Source of the DNA: Myxococcales bacterium
Lineage (GTDB): Bacteria > Myxococcota_A > Polyangia > Nannocystales > Nannocystaceae
DNA length: 64,000 nucleotides
NCBI GenBank assembly: GCA_020633315.1
Contig: JACKDV010000004.1
Location: 384,071-448,070 of the forward strand
Direction of reading: 5' to 3'
In this document: piece after piece, positions 10,781-19,136 of the stretch
Numbering within the stretch: position 1 is the stretch's first letter
Layout of the letters: every line of letters begins with the position of its first letter
Made by a program: the position numbers and the translations under genes
Notes under the pieces: generated by a model
Seen by the model: the letters and a program-made list of their open reading frames with translations, nothing else
Told to the model about the DNA's origin: nothing
Database searches by the model: none

Positions 10781-11833
10781 ATGACAGCCATGCTCGCGGT
10801 CATCACCTCCTTCGCCGTCCAGCTCGGCACGCAAGGGCTCGTCGCGATCGCTCCACCCGAGGATCCGGCCGTACCCGCCGGCACCGTAACGACCGATCCT
10901 GCCTCCGGCGGCAGCACGGAGATCGCCGGCCAGGGCAAGTTCGCCGCGGCCGATCTCGAGGCCACCGAGAGCGAGGACGCGACCGAGCTCGAGATCTCCA
11001 CCGGCGGCCTGATGTCCACCGGCAACGCCTTCGCGGCCGCCGTCACCGCCCAGGGTCGCTTCCGCCTGCGCCGCGGCATCCACCAGGTGGGCGCCCAGGT
11101 GGCGGGCAACTACGGCATCGCCGACACCAACGTCGAGCGCGTCATGTACCGCATCCCCGCCGCGGCCCCGGGCCAGGTGGTGGCCATCGACGACCTCATC
11201 GAGGAGCGCTCGTCGAGCATCGAGCGTCAGACCACCGTGGCCAACGTGCAGGCCATGGCCCGCTACGACGCGTTCTTCGCCAAGCGCTGGTCGGCCTTCC
11301 TCATGGCCACCGCCCGCCACGATCGCTTCCAGGGCCTCGACCTGCGCTTCAACCTCGACCCCGGCTTCGCCTTCCACGCCCTCACCAACGCGCGCCACCG
11401 CCTGTGGCTCGAGGCCGGCTACGACTTCCAGTACGACATCCGCCGCGAGGACGCGGTGTTCGAGGAGCAGGTGGTCGACCCCCCCGTGCCCGACCCCGAC
11501 GTGGTCACCCCGGCCGGAGAGCTGGCCGTGGCCGACACCGCGCGGGTGCGGATCGCCGACGACACCCTGGTCAACCACGCCGCGCGCCTGTTCCTGGGCT
11601 ACAACAACTCGCTGAGCGACCGCGTCACCTTCGACACCGGCCTCGAGTACCTGCAGAGCGTGATCAAGGGCTCGCGCTTCCGCATCAACTGGGTCAACGC
11701 GCTCACCATCCAGCTCGGCGGGCGCTTCGGGGTGGGAGCAACCTTCACCCTGCGCTACGAGAACGAGCCGCTCCCCGGCGTGGCCAAGCTCGACACGATC
11801 ACCGCGATCCTGCTGACCATGCGCTTCATCTAG
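10781..11833 (+). CDS. DUF481-family outer-membrane protein.
   Basis: Signal-like N-terminus, beta-strand-rich alternating pattern, C-terminal '...LTMRFI' aromatic end typical of outer-membrane barrels. Resembles the salt-induced YdiY/DUF481 family. An alternative ATG lies at 10787. Confidence 0.55.
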   Translation: MTAMLAVITSFAVQLGTQGLVAIAPPEDPAVPAGTVTTDPASGGSTEIAGQGKFAAADLEATESEDATELEISTGGLMSTGNAFAAAVTAQGRFRLRRGIHQVGAQVAGNYGIADTNVERVMYRIPAAAPGQVVAIDDLIEERSSSIERQTTVANVQAMARYDAFFAKRWSAFLMATARHDRFQGLDLRFNLDPGFAFHALTNARHRLWLEAGYDFQYDIRREDAVFEEQVVDPPVPDPDVVTPAGELAVADTARVRIADDTLVNHAARLFLGYNNSLSDRVTFDTGLEYLQSVIKGSRFRINWVNALTIQLGGRFGVGATFTLRYENEPLPGVAKLDTITAILLTMRFI

Positions 11834-11839
11834 GGCGCC

Positions 11840-13624
11840 ATGGTCGACGGCCACCCCCTGCAGCCGCTGCTCGACGCCCTCACCACCCGCGCCGCGCTGG
11901 TGGACGCCGACGGCACCCTGCAGGCGACCAACAAGGCGTGGCGACGGGCCAGCGGGCACCCCCTGGCCGGTCCCGCCCTGGGCCCCGGCACCGACTACCT
12001 GCGGGTGCTGGGCGCGGCGGGGGGTCCCATGCGGGTCGACGGCCTGCGCCTGGCCTCGGCGCTGTCGCGGGTGCTCGACGGCGCCACCGAGGCCATCGGC
12101 CACACCTACCGCTACGGGCCCGCCAACCACGTGCAGTGGTGCCGCACCTCGCTGTGCCCCATCGAGGGCCGGCCCCGCTCGGTGGCCGTGCTGCACGAGG
12201 ACATCACCGACCAGGTCCACACCCAGGCCGCGCTCAAGCGCAGCCAGGCCCGGCTGCGCACCATCCTCACCGGTGCCCCCATCGTGCTGTTCTCGCTCGA
12301 CCGCAGCGGCACCTTCACCGTGGTGGAGGGCATGGGCGGCGCGGGCACGGGCTTCGTCACCGAGGACCTCGTGGGCAGCTCCGTGCACGAGGCCTACCGC
12401 CACATGCCCGACCTGCTCGAGGTGATCGACGACGCCCTGCGCGGGCGGGTGGGGGTGATCACCCAGTCGGTGGGGCACCTGGCCTTCGAGATCCGCTGCT
12501 CGCCCATCTACCGCCGCGACCGCGTGGACGGGGTGGTGGGCGTGGCCACCGACGTGACCGAGCGCCTCCACGCCCAGCGCATGAAGGACGAGTTCGTCTC
12601 GATCGTCAGCCACGAGCTGCGCACCCCCCTGACCTCGATCCGCGGCTCGCTGGGGCTCATCGAGGGCGGGGTGGCGGGGGAGCTGCCCGCCAAGGCCCGC
12701 GAGCTGGTCCGCATCGCTCGCTCCAACACCGACCGCCTGGTGCGGCTCATCAATGACATCCTCGACCTCGACAAGATGGAGGCGGGGCGGGTCATCCTGC
12801 AGCGCGAGCCGCTGGACGCCTGGGCGGTGGTCGACGAGGTGATCGGCCAGATGCACGGCTACGCCGAGCAGGCCTCGGTGAGCGTGGAAGAGGCGGGCCG
12901 GGTCCCCGACTGCCCGCCCGTGCACGCCGACCACGATCGCCTGGTCCAGATCCTCACCAACCTGCTGTCCAATGCGATCAAGTTCTCCCCCGAGGGCGGC
13001 CGGGTGGAGGTGAAGGTCACCCAGCGGCAGGGCCGGCTGCGCTTCTCGGTCACCGACCACGGCCCCGGCATCGCCCCCGCCGACGTGCCCCGGCTCTTCC
13101 AGAAATTCCACCAGCTCGACGCCTCGGACACCCGGGCCCGCGGGGGCAGCGGGCTGGGCCTGGTGATCGCCAAGTCGCTGGTCGAGGCGCACCACGGGCA
13201 GATCGGGGTGGACTCGCAGCTGGGCCAGGGCTCTACCTTCTTCTTCGAGATCCCGATCGCCCACGTCACCATCCGCGAGATCCCGGGCCCGCGGCAATCG
13301 CACTCGCCGGCGGTGGCGCTCGATCCCCAGGCCATCGTGGCCCCCCAGCTCCGCGGGGCCGAAGGGCTGCTCGTCGAGCTCGAGGCCCACCTGCGCGACG
13401 CGGCGGGCTCCGACGACCTCGAGGCCCTGGCCGACGCGCAGGCGACGGCGCAGATCCTGGGGGCCACGCTGCCGCCCGACGCCCCCGCCGAGCTGCTGGC
13501 CATGGTCTCCCAGCTCGCCCGCTCGCTCGACGAGGCGCTCCAGCGCGCCAGCCCGCCCAATGCGGCCGGCTGGGCCCACCTGCACCGCGAGCTCGAGCGA
13601 ATCCGCGAGGGCCTGGGCTCCTGA
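11840..13624 (+). CDS. PAS-domain sensor histidine kinase with a C-terminal ~120-aa helical extension.
   Basis: H-box 'SIVSHELRTPLTSI'. N/G boxes 'LLSNAIKFS', 'DHGPGI', 'GSGLGL'. Two PAS-like regions upstream. Confidence 0.85.
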   Translation: MVDGHPLQPLLDALTTRAALVDADGTLQATNKAWRRASGHPLAGPALGPGTDYLRVLGAAGGPMRVDGLRLASALSRVLDGATEAIGHTYRYGPANHVQWCRTSLCPIEGRPRSVAVLHEDITDQVHTQAALKRSQARLRTILTGAPIVLFSLDRSGTFTVVEGMGGAGTGFVTEDLVGSSVHEAYRHMPDLLEVIDDALRGRVGVITQSVGHLAFEIRCSPIYRRDRVDGVVGVATDVTERLHAQRMKDEFVSIVSHELRTPLTSIRGSLGLIEGGVAGELPAKARELVRIARSNTDRLVRLINDILDLDKMEAGRVILQREPLDAWAVVDEVIGQMHGYAEQASVSVEEAGRVPDCPPVHADHDRLVQILTNLLSNAIKFSPEGGRVEVKVTQRQGRLRFSVTDHGPGIAPADVPRLFQKFHQLDASDTRARGGSGLGLVIAKSLVEAHHGQIGVDSQLGQGSTFFFEIPIAHVTIREIPGPRQSHSPAVALDPQAIVAPQLRGAEGLLVELEAHLRDAAGSDDLEALADAQATAQILGATLPPDAPAELLAMVSQLARSLDEALQRASPPNAAGWAHLHRELERIREGLGS

Positions 13625-13750
13625 GGGCGGGTCGCGGCAAAGCGCCCCACCCTCCCATCCCGCCCCGGCCGCCGTGCCGGTTCTCCGCCACGGCGCGCGC
13701 AAGAGGCGGTTAGGATTGGCGCGGTCGCTGCAAGGCGCCCCCTCGGTCCC

Positions 13751-15508
13751 GTGGCTCGCTCCCCCCACGACTCGGTCCGCTTCCCGCTCCGCATCAAGCT
13801 CGCGATCTTCGCGGGCTTGCTGCTGGTCGCGCACATCGTGGCGGTGGGCTGGGCCGCGCTGCGGCTGACCTCGGCCTCGGTGGAGCGCGCCCAGCTCGAG
13901 CTGCAGATCGCGATCATCGAGGCGCTGTCGCGCGACATCGAGGCCGAGCTGGCCCAGGCCCACGACGGCCTCGATGCGATCGGCCGGGCCGCCGTCGACG
14001 AGAGCCTCGAGATGGACGCCCGGCTGTCGCTGGCCGAGGTGCTGGTCGAGAGCAACGAGGTGCTGGACAACACCCTGCTGTACACGGCCCAGGGCACCGA
14101 GCCCGTGCCGATCGTCGAGGCCAGCGCCTCGAGCCTGGCCTGGCCCGACCCCCTGCCCGCCTCGCTGCGAGAGCAATCGGTCGCGCAGGGGGTGGCCACC
14201 GGCGCGGCGGTGGCCAGCGACCACGGACCCCGGGTGCTGGTGGTGATGCCGATCCGCTTCGAGCACGAGGTGACCGGCTACGCCGCGAGCCTGGTGCCGC
14301 TGGCCGGGATCCAGCACCGCGTGGAGGAGATGGCGGCCGGCTACTTCGCGGGCATGCCCGATGCCCTGCTGGTGGTGGACGACCAGTTCCGGCTGCTCGC
14401 CCACCCCGACCCAGAGCGCGCGCTGGGCTCGGCCGCCGACGAACCCATCCTCGCCGGCATCGATCCCTCGGCCCTCGGGGCCCGCTTCTCGTCGTCGGGC
14501 GAGTTCACCCGCCCCGACGGCCACGCGGTGGTGGGCACCGTGGTCGGCCTCGACTCGCGGCCGTGGGCCATCGTGGCGCAGGTGCCCACCGAGATCGCCT
14601 TCGCCCCCATCGTGGCCATGCGCAAGGTGGTGGTGGGCACCGTGGTGGTGGCGGTGGTGGTGGCCCTGATCGCCGCCATCCTGCTCGCGCGGAGGATCAC
14701 CTCGCCCCTGGTGCAGCTGTCGCGCTTCGCCACCGACATCGCCCAGCGCAAGTTCGACGCGCGGGTCCACATCCACACCTCGGACGAGCTGGCGGTGGTG
14801 GGCGAGGCGATGAGCCAGGCCGCGGCCGACCTCGAGAACAGCGAGCACCGCATCCGTGAGGAGCTCGAGATCCGCTCCGACCTCGGGCGCTACCTGCCCG
14901 CCGAGCTGGTCGACAAGGTGGTGCGCCGCGAGCAGGACATGGAGCTCGGCGGCGTGCGCCAGGAGATCACCGTGATGTTCGCCGACGTCGTGGAGTTCAC
15001 GCCGCTGGCCGAGAAGCTGCCCCCCGAGCAGGTCGTCCAGATCCTCAACGAGCTGTTCACCATCGTCACCGAGATCGTGTTCCGCCACCGCGGGACCGTG
15101 GACAAGTTCGTGGGCGACTGCGTCATGGCCCTCTGGGGGGCGCCGACGCAGATCGAGGACCACGCCACGCTCGCCCTCGAGGCGGCGGAGGAGATCGTGT
15201 CATGGCTGGAGGCCGGGAACGAGACATGGGAGAAGAAGTACGGGGTGACGGTCCGGATCGCGATCGGGATCAACTCGGGGGAGGCGGTGGTGGGCAACGT
15301 CGGCTCACGCTCGAGGATGGAGTACACGGCGATCGGGACCACGGTGAACGTGGCGGCACGCCTCGAAGCCATCGCGAGACCGCAGCAGATCTTGATCTCG
15401 GAGCAGACGGCCCGACGAGCGGGGGAGGGATTCCAGCTCAGCCCGGTGGGCGAGCGTACGATCGCCGGGCACTCGGAGCCACTACGGCTGTACGAGGTGG
15501 TGACCTGA
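13751..15508 (+). CDS. Class III adenylate/guanylate cyclase with a periplasmic sensor, TM helix and HAMP domain.
   Basis: TM 'LAIFAGLLLVAHIVAVGW', a second TM 'VVVGTVVVAVVVALIAAILLA' followed by HAMP. Cyclase motifs 'VMFADVVEFTPL', 'KFVGDCVMALWGAP', 'IGINSGEAVVGNVG'. GTG start. Confidence 0.85.
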   Translation: MARSPHDSVRFPLRIKLAIFAGLLLVAHIVAVGWAALRLTSASVERAQLELQIAIIEALSRDIEAELAQAHDGLDAIGRAAVDESLEMDARLSLAEVLVESNEVLDNTLLYTAQGTEPVPIVEASASSLAWPDPLPASLREQSVAQGVATGAAVASDHGPRVLVVMPIRFEHEVTGYAASLVPLAGIQHRVEEMAAGYFAGMPDALLVVDDQFRLLAHPDPERALGSAADEPILAGIDPSALGARFSSSGEFTRPDGHAVVGTVVGLDSRPWAIVAQVPTEIAFAPIVAMRKVVVGTVVVAVVVALIAAILLARRITSPLVQLSRFATDIAQRKFDARVHIHTSDELAVVGEAMSQAAADLENSEHRIREELEIRSDLGRYLPAELVDKVVRREQDMELGGVRQEITVMFADVVEFTPLAEKLPPEQVVQILNELFTIVTEIVFRHRGTVDKFVGDCVMALWGAPTQIEDHATLALEAAEEIVSWLEAGNETWEKKYGVTVRIAIGINSGEAVVGNVGSRSRMEYTAIGTTVNVAARLEAIARPQQILISEQTARRAGEGFQLSPVGERTIAGHSEPLRLYEVVT

Positions 15509-15519
15509 GCACGCAGTGC

Positions 15520-16848
15520 ATGGCCCACGAGCTGCGCCCCGGCATGGTCATCGGCGAGCGCTACGTGATCACCGGCAAGCTCGGCGAGGGCGGCATGGGG
15601 CAGGTGTACCGCGCCACCCAGCAGAACCTCCGCCGCGAGGTGGCGCTCAAGCTGCTCGACTCCGGGGTGCTCGACGTGGCCACCGGGCACCGTCGCTTCC
15701 TGCGGGAGGCCCGGGTGGCGGCGGCCCTGCGGCACCCCCACGCGGTGGAGATCTACGACGTGGGCACCGACGGCTCCCACGTGTTCATCGCGATGGAGCT
15801 GCTCAGCGGCGAGGTGCTGCGCGACCTGCTGGAGCGGGTCGGCTGCCTGCCGCTGGACGAGGCGATCGACCTGACGCTGCAGGTCGCCGACCTGCTGGTG
15901 GCCGCCCACGCGATGCCGCTCATCCACCGCGACCTCAAGCCCGAGAACATCTTCGTGGAGGAGGATCGCGACGGGCACCTGCGCGCCCGCGTGATGGACT
16001 TCGGCCTCGCCTTCATCGAGGGCGGCGACGAGACGGGGCGGCTGACCAAGGAGGGCCTGGTGGTGGGCACCCCGGCCTTCCTCTCGCCCGAGCAGGCACA
16101 GGGCGGGCACGTGGGGCCGCCCTCCGACATCTACTCGCTGGGCTGCGTGCTCTACGAGATGCTCACCGGCCAGACCGTGTTCCGCGGCAGCCAGATGAAC
16201 ATCCTCACCCAGCACATCTACGTGGCCCCGACCTCGCTGCGCGAGCGGGTGCCCGACGCGGGCTTCCCCGCCGACCTCGACGATCTGGTGATGCGCATGC
16301 TGGCCAAGCGCCCCGCGGATCGACCCTCGGCCGAGGCGCTGATGGAGGAGCTGCACCTGGTGCAGGGCACCCTGGCCGGGCAGCGTCACCGCGGACGCGA
16401 CGATCGCCTGCTCGGCACCCGGCGCCACCGCATGATCTCGGTGCCCGCCCACCCCCCGCCCAAGATCGACCAGGAGGCGGTCGAGCAGGCCGCCCCCGAG
16501 CTCGAGGGCTTCCAGGTGGGGGTGCAGGGCGAGTTCCCCGACGAGCTGTGGTTCGGCATGGCGAGCAACGGCCTGTACGCCGAGCGCCTCGAGCCGGGGC
16601 AGGACCCCCGCGGGGCGCTGTGCGACGCGGTGCTGACCAACACCGACGACCCCCGGCGACTCTCCGAGCTGGCCGCCACCGGCGTGCCGGTGATCGTGGC
16701 CACCAACGCACGCGCCGACGAGCTCGCCGAGCTGCTGCGGCTGGGGGTCAACGAGGTGTTGGCCCCGCCCCTGGAGGCCGACGTGGTCGCCCGCAAGATC
16801 CGGCGCGCCGTGGAGCGCAGCCGCCGACGGATGAGGAGGAGACGATGA
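15520..16848 (+). CDS. Ser/Thr protein kinase (Hanks-type) with a C-terminal degenerate receiver-like domain.
   Basis: 'GKLGEGGMGQVYRA', 'VALK', 'HRDLKPENI', 'DFGLA', 'GTPAFLSPE'. The C-terminal ~110 aa resemble the alpha4-beta5-alpha5 half of a REC domain but lack an acidic pocket. Starts 12 nt after the cyclase stop. Confidence 0.85.
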   Translation: MAHELRPGMVIGERYVITGKLGEGGMGQVYRATQQNLRREVALKLLDSGVLDVATGHRRFLREARVAAALRHPHAVEIYDVGTDGSHVFIAMELLSGEVLRDLLERVGCLPLDEAIDLTLQVADLLVAAHAMPLIHRDLKPENIFVEEDRDGHLRARVMDFGLAFIEGGDETGRLTKEGLVVGTPAFLSPEQAQGGHVGPPSDIYSLGCVLYEMLTGQTVFRGSQMNILTQHIYVAPTSLRERVPDAGFPADLDDLVMRMLAKRPADRPSAEALMEELHLVQGTLAGQRHRGRDDRLLGTRRHRMISVPAHPPPKIDQEAVEQAAPELEGFQVGVQGEFPDELWFGMASNGLYAERLEPGQDPRGALCDAVLTNTDDPRRLSELAATGVPVIVATNARADELAELLRLGVNEVLAPPLEADVVARKIRRAVERSRRRMRRRR

Positions 16849-18074
16849 GCATCTGGATGTCCACCGCTGTGGCGGCCGCGGCTGCGGCCGTGGCCGCGCC
16901 CGAGCCGGCGCCCCCGGTCGAGACCATCGAGTACACGATCCGCAAGGGAGACACCTGCGCCAAGATCGCGACCGAGCGCTACGGCGACCGCAAGCACTTC
17001 GAGGTGATCCACCAGTACAACCGCTGGCTGGGACCCACGATGCCGCACCACCTCGAGGAGGGGCAGGTGCTGATCCTGCCCAAGACCCTGCCCCCCGAGC
17101 TGCCCGACGCCGAGGTCACCGCGGCGCGGCGCAAGGTGGAGGCCCGACCGCCCGAGGCCGCCCAGTGGAGCAGCGCCCGCCCGGGCCTCGACCTCTACCG
17201 CGGCTGGCGGGTCAACACGCAGGAGCGTGCCTCGGCCGAGATCACCTTCCGCGACTACTCCCGGATCGAGATGCGGGAGAACACCCTGGTGATCATCTAC
17301 GGGGGCTCGCGCAGCCGCAGCCGGCGCGAGACCACCGAGGCCACCCTCGATCGCGGGGCCCTGCGCGCGCGCCTGGGCGCCTACACGGGCAAGACCAGCG
17401 AGAGCGAGGTGACGGTGACCACCCCCTCGGCAGTGGCCGAGCTCGAGGGCGGCACCAGCCTCGTCACCGTCGACGACGGGGGCACCAGCCGGGTGGCCAA
17501 CCATGGCGACGGCAAGGCGAAGGTGGGCTCGTCGACCGGAGGCGGGGCCAAGGTGAAGGTGGGCCCCAAGATGGGCTCCAAGGTGGTCAAGGGCGAGCGG
17601 CCCTCCGCCGCGCGTCCGCTGCCGCCCACGCCGGTGTGGAGCGGACGCATGGCGACCACCTTCGTCGCCGCCGGCGGGCGGGGGACCATCCGCGGGAGCT
17701 GGGCGCCGGCGGAGAAGGCCGCGCGCTATCGGGTGGAGATCGCCAGCCAGCCCGACGGTCGCGAGCTGGTGGCCAGCCAGACCGTGCCGGCCACGATCAA
17801 CCGCTTCGAGGCCCAGGGCCTGCCTGCGGGCGACTACTACGTGAGCGTGGCGGCGATCGACGACGACGACTTCGAGAGCCCGCCCTCCGATCACCGCAAG
17901 CTCAGCCTGGTCTCGGTGCCCCTGCTCACCCCCGGCGGCGCGCCGCTGCCCGAGCCCGACGCCGCCGCCGAGCCCAGCACCACGCCCTCCCGCGTGCTGC
18001 GGGGCACCCGGCTCGACTTCCGCTGGGCCTGCGCTGCCGCGTGGACGCGGGCGAGCCCTCGCGCCAGCCGGTGA
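16845..18074 (+). CDS. LysM + FecR-like + FN3-like envelope protein. Appears interrupted by a frameshift at ~18024-18040 and probably continues into the next feature.
   Basis: ATG overlaps the kinase stop (ATGA). LysM 'YTIRKGDTCAKIA..GQVLILP'. An FN3-like 'RYRVEIASQPDGRE..GDYYVSVAAID'. The frame ends in a junk-like tail 'ACAAAWTRASPRASR'. Confidence 0.55.
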   Translation: MSIWMSTAVAAAAAAVAAPEPAPPVETIEYTIRKGDTCAKIATERYGDRKHFEVIHQYNRWLGPTMPHHLEEGQVLILPKTLPPELPDAEVTAARRKVEARPPEAAQWSSARPGLDLYRGWRVNTQERASAEITFRDYSRIEMRENTLVIIYGGSRSRSRRETTEATLDRGALRARLGAYTGKTSESEVTVTTPSAVAELEGGTSLVTVDDGGTSRVANHGDGKAKVGSSTGGGAKVKVGPKMGSKVVKGERPSAARPLPPTPVWSGRMATTFVAAGGRGTIRGSWAPAEKAARYRVEIASQPDGRELVASQTVPATINRFEAQGLPAGDYYVSVAAIDDDDFESPPSDHRKLSLVSVPLLTPGGAPLPEPDAAAEPSTTPSRVLRGTRLDFRWACAAAWTRASPRASR

Positions 18075-19057
18075 TCGACTCCACCGGCGAGCACACCGTG
18101 GCCTGCGTCACCGACGACGGCGTGGAGGTGCCCGGCTTCACCGTGCTCGCCATCGACGTCCAGATCGCCGCGGCCCGGGCCGAGGGCGCGATGCGGGGCG
18201 TGACCAGCGAGGCCAGCTTCACCCTCGACGCATCGATCCCGCTGCCCCGTCGCGTGTGGGTGGAGGCTCCCGCGGGCTTCTTGGTCGACACCCCCCGCGC
18301 TGGCGCGACGCCGGGGCAGTGGACGGTGTCGGTGCACCCCGACCAGGACGCCCCCGCCGAGGCCTCGCTGCGGGTGATGGCCGAGGCCGGCGGCACCGAG
18401 GTGGAGCTCGGTGAGATCCCGGTGGCGGTGGCCGAGCCGTCCTCGACGAGCCCCGTCACGCCCGAGACGAGCCCCGAGCCGCGCGGGCCCGAGCGGCACA
18501 TGTTCGAGCTGGGCGTGTGGGGCGGGGTGATGCTCCCCTCCTCCAATCACGACCTGTTCCAGGAGCGCTTCTCCAACGTCCCAGGGATCACGCTGGTGGA
18601 GCACCAGGCCCTGCGCCGCGCCGCGCCCGATCTCGGCATCCGCCTGGGCTACTACCCGATCCGCTGGGTGGGCGTGGAGCTCGAGCATGCGCTGGTCCCC
18701 ACCCGCACCCGCGACACCGGCGACCGGGCCACCGTCTTCGCCATCCGCGGGCAGGTGCTGGGGCAGCTCCCCTGGCGGGTGACCCCCACCGTGCACCTCG
18801 GCGGGGGTGCGCTGGGCGTGAGCGCCGGGCAGGTGCTCGGCCGCGACATCGATCGGGCGCTGCACTTCGGCGTGGGGGTGAAGGCCTACCTGGTCCGCTG
18901 GGCCGCGCTGCGCCTCGATCTGCGCGACGTGATCACCGAGGGTCACTCGGGCGGGGCCGCGCACTCCCCCGAGATCCTCGTGGGCGTGGCCGGCGTGATC
19001 GGCCGCCGCAGCGCAGCATCGCCCACCGGTCGCCGCCTGCGACCAGCCCGGCCGTAG
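18041..19057 (+). CDS. Ig-like domain + 8-strand OmpA-like beta-barrel. Probably the C-terminal continuation of 16845..18074, in the -1 frame.
   Basis: No signal peptide of its own. Its frame is open back to 17165. The beta-barrel 'HMFELGVWGGVMLPS...LRLDLRDVI...HSPEILVGV' is paralogous to the N-terminus of the downstream OmpA. Confidence 0.45.
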   Translation: MDAGEPSRQPVIDSTGEHTVACVTDDGVEVPGFTVLAIDVQIAAARAEGAMRGVTSEASFTLDASIPLPRRVWVEAPAGFLVDTPRAGATPGQWTVSVHPDQDAPAEASLRVMAEAGGTEVELGEIPVAVAEPSSTSPVTPETSPEPRGPERHMFELGVWGGVMLPSSNHDLFQERFSNVPGITLVEHQALRRAAPDLGIRLGYYPIRWVGVELEHALVPTRTRDTGDRATVFAIRGQVLGQLPWRVTPTVHLGGGALGVSAGQVLGRDIDRALHFGVGVKAYLVRWAALRLDLRDVITEGHSGGAAHSPEILVGVAGVIGRRSAASPTGRRLRPARP

Positions 19058-19136
19058 CAGGCCCGCGGGCGACGTTTCCCCGGGCTCCCGGGCGGGGTTT
19101 GGCGGCGAGCCGCGCTCGGGGCAAGGTACCGGGGTC

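Noticed and set aside
10715-15163. 1482-aa minus-strand ORF spanning the DUF481 / histidine kinase / cyclase genes.
   Set aside because: It is antisense to three plus-strand genes that each carry unambiguous catalytic motifs. Its translation is Arg/Gly/Ala/His/Asp low complexity ('GHHHRHHHGAHHH..'). This is a typical antisense open frame in 70% GC DNA.
15516-16844. 5' part of the 852-aa frame-0 ORF overlapping the Ser/Thr kinase gene.
   Set aside because: The kinase frame has all Hanks subdomains. The frame-0 translation here is Arg/Gly/Pro repeat junk. A genuine start (ATG 16845, with LysM domain right after) exists where the kinase gene ends.
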